A stretch of 64,000 nt of DNA, from positions 1-64,000 of the IMG/VR virus record IMGVR_UViG_3300042541_003180; one strand, written 5' to 3'. The position numbers and the translations under genes were made by a program. Each line of letters opens with the position of its first letter. The stretch's first letter is position 1. The notes under the pieces are model-generated. The model was given only the letters and a program-made list of their open reading frames with translations. It ran no database searches and was not told where the DNA came from. This DNA comes from a virus. This document shows, piece by piece, positions 47,585 to 58,200 of this stretch.

Positions 47585-48703
47585 ATGAGAGTTTTTATGA
47601 TAACTGACACTCATTTCGGTATTTATCTTAATAATTTAGATAAGTGGTTGAATATGATGGAGTCAACATTTTATGAGTTTGTTATTCCTTACTTAAAAGA
47701 AAATGTAAAAGAAGGTGATGTTCTAATACACCTTGGTGATTTATTTGATAATAGAACTAGTTTACCTATTATTGTTTTAAATAAGGTAGAGAAGATACTT
47801 AGAGAACTAGCCGAAATTCTTCCTGTTCATATAATGGTTGGAAATCATGATCTTTGGAATAAAGGATCTAATGAAGTAAACTCTGTTAGATTATATGGTT
47901 ATATCGATAACATTACAGTATATGAAGAAACGACAACATTAGATTTAGGTGGTCAAAGAATCGTTTTAATGCCTTGGGTTGAGAAACGTTTAGATATGGT
48001 AAATGAGATTAGATCTAATCAAGGAGATTATCTAATGTGTCACTCTGATTTGAATGGATGTAAAATGCACCTTAATTCAGTTGCTCATAGAAACGCTGAT
48101 AAGATTGATGTAGAAGATTTTAAGTCATATAAGAGAGCTTTTTCTGGTCACATACATATTCGTCAAGAGAATAGTAATTTCACGTTTATAGGATCTTTAT
48201 ATCAAATGGATAGAAATGATTATGGTGATCAAAAGGGAATAACAATGTTAGATCTATCTGATGATGAAGTTAGCTTTATTCCAAATACATATTCACCCGT
48301 ATTCAGAAAATATAATGTTATTTCAGAAACTGATGTTGATGGATTAGATGCTTTAAGAAATTCAAAAGATTATATTGATTTGTCTATTTCAAATAACTTA
48401 CTTATTAGTAATAGAAAATTAAGAAGAAAATTAGAAGTTCTATTGGAAAATAGTGGATTCTCTTCAGTTGATTATATTGATGATATAGTTACTAAGGTTG
48501 ACGAATCAGTTGACTCAACACCTGATGAAGAATTTGATGAAGAAAAATTAGACATTTCTATACAACTTGATTATGCCGATTATATAAAAGAGTATATAAA
48601 TAAACAAAAGTATGATAATGATACTTTTAGAGAAGGAGTGGTAACTGAATATGATGAGGTTATTAGAATTTATAACGAGAACTATAGTTCTAAAAAAGAT
48701 TAA
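47585..48703 (+). CDS. Mre11/SbcD-family recombination nuclease (T4 gp47-like)
   Basis: DTHFG, GDLFD, GNHD, SGHIH metallophosphoesterase motifs. Confidence 0.92.
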   Translation: MRVFMITDTHFGIYLNNLDKWLNMMESTFYEFVIPYLKENVKEGDVLIHLGDLFDNRTSLPIIVLNKVEKILRELAEILPVHIMVGNHDLWNKGSNEVNSVRLYGYIDNITVYEETTTLDLGGQRIVLMPWVEKRLDMVNEIRSNQGDYLMCHSDLNGCKMHLNSVAHRNADKIDVEDFKSYKRAFSGHIHIRQENSNFTFIGSLYQMDRNDYGDQKGITMLDLSDDEVSFIPNTYSPVFRKYNVISETDVDGLDALRNSKDYIDLSISNNLLISNRKLRRKLEVLLENSGFSSVDYIDDIVTKVDESVDSTPDEEFDEEKLDISIQLDYADYIKEYINKQKYDNDTFREGVVTEYDEVIRIYNENYSSKKD

Positions 48704-48705
48704 AA

Positions 48706-48906
48706 ATGAGAGCAGAAAACGTATTTGAAAGAATTACAAATGGAATACTATACAATCGTAATTTAAAAGTTTATACAAAGGATTATTTACAAGGAATTGT
48801 AATAGAACTTGAACAACAAGAGCAGTTTGAGAAATGTATAGAACTAAATGATTTTATAAGTAAAAGATTTAGTCACGAACTAAATTACAAAAACCCTATT
48901 AAATAA
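48706..48906 (+). CDS. small protein with a UVR-like motif
   Basis: LEQQEQFEKCIEL.D. Confidence 0.5.
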   Translation: MRAENVFERITNGILYNRNLKVYTKDYLQGIVIELEQQEQFEKCIELNDFISKRFSHELNYKNPIK

Positions 48907-48916
48907 TAGGGTTTTT
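48889..48916. terminator. bidirectional intrinsic terminator
   Basis: AAAAACCCTATT-aaat-AATAGGGTTTTT. Confidence 0.75.
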
Positions 48917-48920
48917 ATTT

Positions 48921-49679
48921 TTAAAATTTTATAAATAATACTTGTACTGGTATACCAAGTTGAAGAGCTATAGTAGACCTTTTGTGTCCTCCAATCAATC
49001 TATTATCATTACCTTGATTGTCCTTTAAGTTTATAACAAAGGGCGTGGGTAAAGATATTTTACCATTATTTTTAATCAAATCATCATAAGTTATTAAGTA
49101 TCGTTCAACATCTGCTTTAATTGGACAAGTAGGTAATGCACTTTTTAGTTCTTCAATACCTTTTATACCTTTATTTTTAACTTGAAAAGAACCTTTCCAT
49201 CCTCCCTTTCCAGATGTACTACCGAATATTTTTGTTAAATCTCCCATATTTCCGGTTGAATCAACATCTTTCCAAGTAACTACACTACATGATTTTATAA
49301 AATTTGATACTTCTTTTATACAAGTTGGATCACCGCCCTCTACAATACCATCTTTATCTGGAACACCAACTATATCCTTTTTAAATTCAATGTTTCCAAA
49401 TCCTAAACTTTCAGGATTTTTATTTAACAATAGTTTTTTAATTTCTTCCTTATCGGTTGTTTCTTTTTTAAGATAATTTTTTACTACATAATGAAAAACA
49501 CTAGGTATTTTAGCATAAACCCTATCAAAGTTATCTGGTTTAAAAAACAACTCCATATTATTTATCAACTCATGTAGTTCTGATAAAATTGTTTTATCAT
49601 CTGGTGTAACCCAATCGATTTCAAATTTCATCTCATTTTCATCTAGTATGAATGATTCATATACTTTTAAATACCTCAT
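48921..49679 (-). CDS. N-tagged protein with a C-terminal ParB/Srx-like domain
   Basis: MRYLKVYESF; LPTPFVI......RLIGGHKR..A..LG. Confidence 0.6.
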   Translation of the reverse strand: MRYLKVYESFILDENEMKFEIDWVTPDDKTILSELHELINNMELFFKPDNFDRVYAKIPSVFHYVVKNYLKKETTDKEEIKKLLLNKNPESLGFGNIEFKKDIVGVPDKDGIVEGGDPTCIKEVSNFIKSCSVVTWKDVDSTGNMGDLTKIFGSTSGKGGWKGSFQVKNKGIKGIEELKSALPTCPIKADVERYLITYDDLIKNNGKISLPTPFVINLKDNQGNDNRLIGGHKRSTIALQLGIPVQVLFIKF

Positions 49680-49936
49680 AATTTTTGTAATTTTATTTTC
49701 AAATCTCCAGTTCCTTTTATAACTCTGTGATAAACTCCCATTGGTATAAAAACTTCACCTTGAATAACTTTTGGTAATTCATCATCTAATTGTACTTGCC
49801 AATCTGTTTCACCAATAGATTCAATTATCCTATCTTCTCTATCTCTGTGCCATTGATAATCTCCAGAGTCAGTATTTTGTTTAAACTCTCTGATAAATAT
49901 ATTATCTGATATTATTTCTTCTTTAAACGGTAACAT
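49676..49936 (-). CDS. small cupin-like phage protein
   Basis: WHRDREDR, W..Q.D..LP, FIP..VYHRVIKG.G.L. Confidence 0.65.
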   Translation of the reverse strand: MLPFKEEIISDNIFIREFKQNTDSGDYQWHRDREDRIIESIGETDWQVQLDDELPKVIQGEVFIPMGVYHRVIKGTGDLKIKLQKL

Positions 49937-50520
49937 TATAAAATCTTATTAATTTTTTCAATTGAGGATTCATCAAATATTGCCACATTTTTAGAACCTC
50001 TTTCTGCAACCATAAATCCATCATATCCTTTTGACTTTATTTGATTGATAATTGGATCACATTCTATTATTTGCCAAGAACCATTCTTTATTAGCCAAAG
50101 ATAGTTATAAACAGTTTGTGAAAAATCTTCTAAATCAAATTCCTTTTCGGTATCATAATCAAATCCTTTGAATCCTTTACCTCTATTTGCTATAAATTTT
50201 TTACCATTTGTAGGATCTTCATATTTATCATCTATCATTTTTTGTAATATTGATTTAAGTTCTAACTCTTTCATAGTCTTTACTTGCATCGGATCACATA
50301 TTTTTAGATTTGACTTTATTTTTATTTCCCAAACGGCTCCTTCTGGAAATTGTTCTCTTTCATCGAATCCTGCAAAGTTTTTTGCAAAGTCTAAATTACT
50401 TGTTAAAAATATAGCACCTGCAAATCTTTTTCTCTTTGGTGGAAAATCTCCTTTTCTATTACCATGATATAACTTTTCTTCTATAGATTCAAATATTTTG
50501 TATTCTTTTAAGTATTTCAT
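49936..50520 (-). CDS. N-tagged ADP-ribosyltransferase-like protein
   Basis: MKYLKEYKIFES; LYHG, AIFLT...FA..FA, GYDG, VAIFD...I. Confidence 0.6.
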   Translation of the reverse strand: MKYLKEYKIFESIEEKLYHGNRKGDFPPKRKRFAGAIFLTSNLDFAKNFAGFDEREQFPEGAVWEIKIKSNLKICDPMQVKTMKELELKSILQKMIDDKYEDPTNGKKFIANRGKGFKGFDYDTEKEFDLEDFSQTVYNYLWLIKNGSWQIIECDPIINQIKSKGYDGFMVAERGSKNVAIFDESSIEKINKIL

Positions 50521-50524
50521 TCTA

Positions 50525-51622
50525 TTATGTTATTTTTATTGCATCAAGCTTTGGTTTTACTATCATATAGATACCCACAGATATTACCAATGTGTCTAAT
50601 ACATTTAGTATTGAACCAACGTATGGTATTTTCATAACTGCGGCTTTTATACCTTTTGTAATATCTTCTCCATTAAATCCTACCATTTTCCAAACTTCAT
50701 CCATCGATTTATCTTGTATTGAGTTAGTTAGTTCATCAAAACCACTTGCCTTTGAGACAAAATCTTTAAATTTATTTATACTACCTAAAACTTTATAAAA
50801 AATATATAACTCTAATATTTGAAATAGAAATACGAAAGATTTTCCAAATCTACTCATAGATTCTGATTTACCTGTTGTCAACCAACAAAAAAATTTATCC
50901 ATTAGTTGTGATAGTTTACTTATTCCTTGTTTCATTAAATCCTCGATTTTTGGAATCCAATTAAATGGTGGATAAGTCATTATTTTCTCACCTAATCTTT
51001 GTAAAAATGATTTTTTTTCTTCTTCACCATTATCCTCTAATAAAAAATTATCATCTAAATAAATAAGTCCTTCATTAGTTCCTAAGTTTAATACACCTGA
51101 AAATGTTTCTGATAATCTAGTCACTAAATCTGTTATAATTTGACCTGATGCTATATATTTTAGTAGTTCTGATATACTCGTTATATAAGATTTTAGTTTA
51201 ATTAGTTTTTTATTTTCTATAAATTCGATTAGTGGTTCTATAAATCCACTATCTTTTAACGCATGTTCTTTTATTTTCTGTTCCATTGATAAAAATTGTG
51301 TCTTAACATAATTACCAATTTGTCCTGCTAGTGATTTTGCAAAATCTAATACATCTTTTGCTTTTTTTGCTAAATCAACTAATAGTTCACCTGCTTTAGA
51401 TTTTACTGCTAAAACTCCTCTCTTACCTTTATCTACTAAATCAGAAAACCAGGATTCATTTATCATACCATAGTTAGAGTCTATTAGTATTTTCTCATTT
51501 ATAGTTAAATGACTTTCATATAATGAATTGAATATCATAGTAAAGTTAGATATATCATTACTATCAATACCCTCTAATATATTTACTTCTGAAAAATTCT
51601 CGTATGTCTTTAAGTATCTCAT
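50525..51622 (-). CDS. N-tagged amphipathic/TM helical protein (candidate ejection protein)
   Basis: MRYLKTYENF; several (I/L)xE sites (ILE, INE, LLE); hydrophobic C-terminal helices. Confidence 0.65.
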   Translation of the reverse strand: MRYLKTYENFSEVNILEGIDSNDISNFTMIFNSLYESHLTINEKILIDSNYGMINESWFSDLVDKGKRGVLAVKSKAGELLVDLAKKAKDVLDFAKSLAGQIGNYVKTQFLSMEQKIKEHALKDSGFIEPLIEFIENKKLIKLKSYITSISELLKYIASGQIITDLVTRLSETFSGVLNLGTNEGLIYLDDNFLLEDNGEEEKKSFLQRLGEKIMTYPPFNWIPKIEDLMKQGISKLSQLMDKFFCWLTTGKSESMSRFGKSFVFLFQILELYIFYKVLGSINKFKDFVSKASGFDELTNSIQDKSMDEVWKMVGFNGEDITKGIKAAVMKIPYVGSILNVLDTLVISVGIYMIVKPKLDAIKIT

Positions 51623-51637
51623 ATTATTATAAATTTT

Positions 51638-52216
51638 TTACCAGAAGCCGGGGTACGTACGTCCACCCCACAGATGTCCGTATTTATTTATTCTGCATGC
51701 CCAATAACCTGCAGTAGTTTTATCTTTCTTAGTATCACACTTATGTCTTGCTGCAAATGATTTTCTTGCTTTAGGATCACTTACCTTAGCAGTTAGACCA
51801 CCATGAACATCTCCAAAGGCAATCTTTTTAACATTTCCAGTTTTAGGATTTCTAACATAAACATGGTATTTCTTAGTACCACCTCTCATAGGTTTATTCA
51901 ACTCTACTTCTCTACCTTTGTATTCTGCTTCGTTTAATTCTTCAATAGTTTCCATTGGTAAATCTAAAGGAACTATTTGACCTTCATATTCGGCAAATCG
52001 ACCTATATCAGTTGATTCAAATAATTCGGTATCTAATTCAGATAATTCGATTTGATTTGCATCAAATAATTGTCTTGCTTCTTTAATTAGGTTAAAGTAT
52101 TGATTAGATCCAGGTCTAAATACATTTTCAACAATAGGTTTATTATTATCGATGTGATATTGTAGATTTTCTGATATTCTACCAGAGAATGATTCAAATA
52201 GTTTTAAGTACTTCAT
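51638..52216 (-). CDS. N-tagged conserved-looking phage protein with basic C-terminal domain
   Basis: MKYLKLFESF; LNE|AEYKG; KKIAFGD, RKSFAARHKCD, AGYWAC; TAATATATA at 52238..52246. Confidence 0.7.
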   Translation of the reverse strand: MKYLKLFESFSGRISENLQYHIDNNKPIVENVFRPGSNQYFNLIKEARQLFDANQIELSELDTELFESTDIGRFAEYEGQIVPLDLPMETIEELNEAEYKGREVELNKPMRGGTKKYHVYVRNPKTGNVKKIAFGDVHGGLTAKVSDPKARKSFAARHKCDTKKDKTTAGYWACRINKYGHLWGGRTYPGFW

Positions 52217-52296
52217 ATTAAGTAAATAATTTTTTAGTATATATTAATTATCAAGAACTCAAAATTTAATATATAATCAAAACTCAATAAAATTAA

Positions 52297-55200
52297 ATGT
52301 CTAGTCACGAAAACTTATATTTCTTTAATAAACAAGGAGATGCTCTAAACTTTAGATATGATGATACAACTCAACTATTCCAAGGAGATATTCTATTTGA
52401 TGAAAATTCAAACGATACTTTTAAAACATTTGCTCTTTATACATTAGAGCGAATTGAAGCATTTGATTTTGAATCACCTGGTGATTTAGGAACTAATAAA
52501 TTTCAGTTATTTAATGAGTATGGACTACATTATTATGGATGTACTAATTCATCTCAACAACAAATAACTAAAATAGAACCTGCTAATAATGATCCTGATT
52601 TTTATTCTAAATGGATCTATGGACAGAATTTTGAGTCTAAGTTTCCCGTTGGAACTTTAATTGTATTTAATCAAAATCTATTAGAGTTTACAAATATAAA
52701 TCAAACGTTTGTTGTTGTTGGAACTAAAAAGAATGCTATTTTAATTATTTCAACGGTTGATAACTCTACATTTGAAAGTACATATTATAATGATTATATA
52801 AATAATTCTTTATATTCTGGAAAAACAATATCTGGTATTGATGCAATTGGTATTTATAACTATATTGATACAAATTATGTTAATAATTTATCACCTTGGA
52901 ATGAACCTAATTTTTATGATAAAGTTTATAAAGGTAAGAAATTAAATATTATAAACAGTAAATCAAATGATGGTACTTATACTATTAAGGGTCCTGAAAT
53001 TACTGATATTATGCATTTTGAATATTCGCTTAGTCAAGCAGTTCTACCAGTAGATTCTGATTTAATTATTGAAGTTGTTTTAGGTACAGATTTACCTAAA
53101 TTATATGATGGTGGTTTGAATATAACTGGTGATAATAGAATATTAGTAAATGATTATATACATTATCCAAGGTTATTACGAGCAGGACAAGAGTTTAAAA
53201 TAGTTGGTTCAGTTCTTAATGAAAACTTTTTAACAGTTGCGGATATTTATGATTTTGAATCAATTTATACTACTAAACATTATGAGTTAGACGATCAAAT
53301 ATACTTTCAAGGTAAATTATATCAATGTATTTTAGGTTATACACATAGTTATACTGATGATGCTACTAGATATTTAACTCCTAATGTAGATACCACTCAC
53401 TGGTCTAATCCAACTTATATTAAAGTAAATGAAACTACGACTGTTGAACCTTTACTTTTTGCTCAGTTATATTTAACAAAAGAAAAGTATTATTATGATT
53501 ATGGTTATACACAATCTGCTTCGGTAACATTGGCTTCTGCTGCGGAAAAATATAAAACAGATTTAAGTATATTTAATGTTGATCTTTATTATGATAAAGG
53601 ATATTTAAAAGCAGACTTAGTTTATCCTAGTAGATACGCTAGAGTTAATTTTTATCATACCTCAGTTGATCCTCTAAACACTATAGGAACAGAATACAGA
53701 TCATTTGAGAGACTTTTACAAGTAAATGAGACACTTACTCCGGAGTTCAATTATGATTACTCAGAGAACTTTAAATACAATATTGTATTTACTGATTTAG
53801 ATGAATATGGTTTAAAGTTAATTATAAATAAACAAGTTTACGAAGAAGAAATTTCATATGTTTATAGTGGTATTGGTCTAGATATGCCTAGAACGATTGA
53901 TAAAACACTTAGAAATTGGTTAACAAGAAATTATCTTACCTTATATAAATTAGGACTTGATGTAGAGTTGGCTTATACTTATGTTCCAAACTTAGGATTA
54001 CCTATTAACTCATTGTTTTACAACTCAATTGTGGTAAGAACGGAATATCCAAATGTTCCAGTTGATATAAGTGATGTTTTAGTTGGAACAACTGCTAATT
54101 ATTTCATTGAGCACTCAAGAGTACTTTTTAATGATTTAGGACCTTCTTTGAATATAAAGATAAATAATAAGGATCATATTATACAAACATCAAACTTTTA
54201 TGTATTAAATATAAATGCTAATTTATTACCACTTAATAGTGAAGTTATTGGTGCGACTGCTGGAACATATAGTACAATATTTAGTACAGGTGATACTGCA
54301 AATATATCTGTTGGTATTGATGGAAAGGTATCATCAATTGTACTTTCATCAGTTGGTAATATTGGATATTCAATAGGTTCGACATTTAGTTTAGAATTTG
54401 GTGGTATAAATGGTACGTCATCTATTTTATTTGAAGTTGGTGTCAACGATTTACAAATAAAGGCCGACGTTCCAAAAACATTACAATCTTGGATTGACTT
54501 ATATGCAACTGATTTATTAGAATATGGTTTTATTGTTACAAATATAAATAGTGTTTTAAAGTTTGATGTTAAACAAACAGACGTTGCTTTTGATTACACA
54601 ATAAAAACTGGTAAAGTTAATTTACCTGGGTTATCAGATTATGTGATAACTAATAAAATGAGAGGTAATTTTGGTGGTTTAATTACTTCTAATGAAGTTA
54701 TACTTTCTGCAACCTCTTCATATTCATTTGAACAAGAAGGATTTGCAACTGGTATGGTATTTTCAATTAATAATACATTCTGGCCTTTAATGAATGTCGA
54801 ATATAACATTCAATACTTAGATCCATTAGTACTTAATTTAAGTTATGAAGGTCCTTTCTGGGATTACAATAATACAATCTGTGATAAATCTCCATTTGTT
54901 ACGATTGCATTTAATTTGGGATTTGGTCAAACTGGTTGTGGTGCTATTAGTTCCACCGGGATTGGAGGTCAATTTAATCAGTATCAATTTGATGATACTC
55001 AGTTTAATATTGTTTTCTATCCAAATACTTATCAAATAAGTGATTATGCTTCTACTACTAATTTAGTTGATATTAAATATATTCAATTATCAAACACAAT
55101 TTTATCATATGGTGATAATTTGGTTGTACACGACTCTTATACTGGTACTTTCTTAATAGAAATTGAGTTGGTTGGTAATGTCGATAGTATTAAAATGGAA

Positions 55201-58200
55201 TATAACCCAGTAAACAACTATGTTTATTGTTTATCTAAAAATATTGTTTGGATAGTTGATCCTTCTACAAATCTTTTACTTACGTCATTTACTTTAAGTT
55301 ATGATGCTGTTGATTTACAAATAAATCCTATTAATGGTGATGTTTATATTACTTATAGTAATTTATCTCAAGTACATATTTTCTATTCTACGACATTTAA
55401 TGGAGTTCTAGATGATTATATAGTATCAACATTTGGTAATACTGGTAAAATGGCTTTTAGTGAGTTTGAACAAGATATGTATGTTGTTACAACTAATAAT
55501 GTTTTAAGAATTAATGGTACAAATAGAACTTTACTAACATCTTATAGTGTTCCTGGTGCAATTGATGTCATTGTATATGAACCAGTTAATGAGTCAATAT
55601 ATGTTTATGGTGCTAGTAATTTATACCAAATAGATAATGGTTCTATTAATAGTATATCTGTTACAACAGAGTCATTTAATGATATTATCTTTAATAATTT
55701 AACTGGAGATATGAATATATCTGATTCTTCTAATCAGATTAAGAGATTAAGTTTAGATGGTACAATAGTTAATGATGTTAATATTTCTAATCACGGTTAT
55801 ATGGCTTTAAATCAATATGATGGAGCTATTTATATATCATCTCAAAATACCAATTCGGTTATTGTTGTTGATTCGATTACTAACCAATTGGTATATATGA
55901 ATAGTTTAATTGCACCAACGACAAAATTATGTTATAATCCTGATAGAAAATCTATATGGGTATTACAACCATCACTTAACCAATTAGTTGAGATATTAGT
56001 TGAATTAAAAAATGAAATAACAACTGAACCTGCTGTAGTGGAAGAAGTTATAGTAGATAATTTATATGGAACGTTACATCCTTCGTTTAAAGAAAGAGAT
56101 GATATGTGGTTAAAAACTAGAGATTATTTTAGAAGACCTAGAGAAAACTTTAATACGGACTATAGAGTTAAGTATTATTGGAAATGGTTCTCTGATAATA
56201 TTCCTCAGTTCTTTATGTATGATTTTTCCGGAGAACAATTATCACAAACAACAACTGGTTCATACTCGTATGTTGGACCAACACCATTATCTACGGTTGT
56301 TTTAAATAAAAAATCAAACAAGGATGTTACTAAGGTTTCTCTTCCTGAGTATCAACAAACAATATTTGATAAAATTGAGTATCCATTGAGTTATATTGAT
56401 GACGAACTTGATATTTCAACCGATGTTGAACCTTTACAATTATTCATTGGGTTTAGAGCTGATAATGAGGGTGCTTTACGTTCTTTACTTCAGTTATATA
56501 AAAAAGAAGATATTTCTTTAAAAATTAATTCTAATAACTATAATCAAGTTTATTTAGAAACATTAGATGTAAATGGTCCTGATAAGAGAGGTATGATTTC
56601 ATTAGGTCAGTATTCTACCGCATCATTTGTAGATAGTGGATTAAAATCTGGTCAGCATATTGTTATTTATCTTAAAGACAATCAAAATAGAAGAAATCAA
56701 TATATTTCTAATAATAATGGTAGTATATTTAAAATTAGAGACGTTTATACTAGTCAAATAATAGTAGATTTCTTTAATATTACTAATGATATAATTGATA
56801 CAGAGACTTCAATAATTGTTGATTATCCAAAATCTGGTGAAACTACATATTTAGATTTCACTATTGAAGTTATTGATAAGGAAATTGGTAGATTCTTTAC
56901 TTATGGTCAAACAGAAGAAGAAGATATACGTTTTAAGATCGAATTAGGAAATGTTGGTAAGTTAATTGCACCAGATGATGTATTTATATTTAAACAATAT
57001 GATATAGAAGAAGGTGGTATTGATTGGTTATATCTTAATAAGAAGAGAAAGGAGATGTTGATGATGAAACATTTAATTTATCCTTATATTGGCTCTTATA
57101 AGTCAATTATTAATGCAATTAACTTCTTTGGATATAATGATTTACAATTAAATGAATATTATAGAAATATAGATCCTAGTGCCGTTAACTTTACTAAGTT
57201 GTTTAAAGTTGAAATACCTGATATTTTTGACAATACAGTTGAAGGCTGGACTGAAAATGATTTTATCAAACATACAATGCCAAATGATAATTTTGAAGAA
57301 ACTAACTTATTTAACTTAACTTACTTTATTACTGATAAAGAGGGTAATAATATTTTAAACTATACGTTAGATGAGATTATTATAAAATTACAGGGATTAA
57401 AATACTGGTTAAAGAAAAATATAATTCCGTTAACACATAAAATACTTGATATTACAGGAAGTGCATACTTTACGGGTGGTACTCAAATACAACATAGATT
57501 ACACGATATAAGAATAGTTAATATTTATGATAATATGACACCTATTACATTTAAGTTAAATGAAGCTTATCTTATGCCAGTTAATAGTGGTTCTACTGTT
57601 TATAATTGTGTATTGGATTTTTATAGTATTATACCAGATGTTGGTGCAGATAAAACTAAAACAGGTTTAGTTGTACCACCAACTCCATTTAATGGCAAAA
57701 CCTTAGTTTTACCCGACTATTTTACTGTTAAGATTAGAACTTATAAAACATATAAAGAGTGGGCACCATTCGCTACGTATGATTTGGGTGACAGAGTGAC
57801 TTACTATGGTAAGTTATATGAATCTGCGACTTCTTCAAATAAAGTCAATTCTCCAAGAGAGTATGAAACGGTTACTCCTTGGTTATCTGGTGATGTGTAT
57901 GATTTAACAAGTATAGTAGAGTATAATAGAAATATTTATGTATTTACTAAAAATGCAACTGCATCAACTATTACTCCTTATGCAGATAATTTTAATTGGA
58001 ATCAAATTAATAAATGGATAGAAATTGATTGGTCACCAGTTCAAACTATTTCTGAGTTTAGATCAGGTAATAATTTACTTCCTTTTAACTTTACATTGGA
58101 CTCAAATATAGATCCTTTTGTTACGGTGGAAGTTATTTCTGATAATGGTTATGGATGTGTTTATAATGATAAGAAAAACTATGAAATAAGAGGTTTAAAA

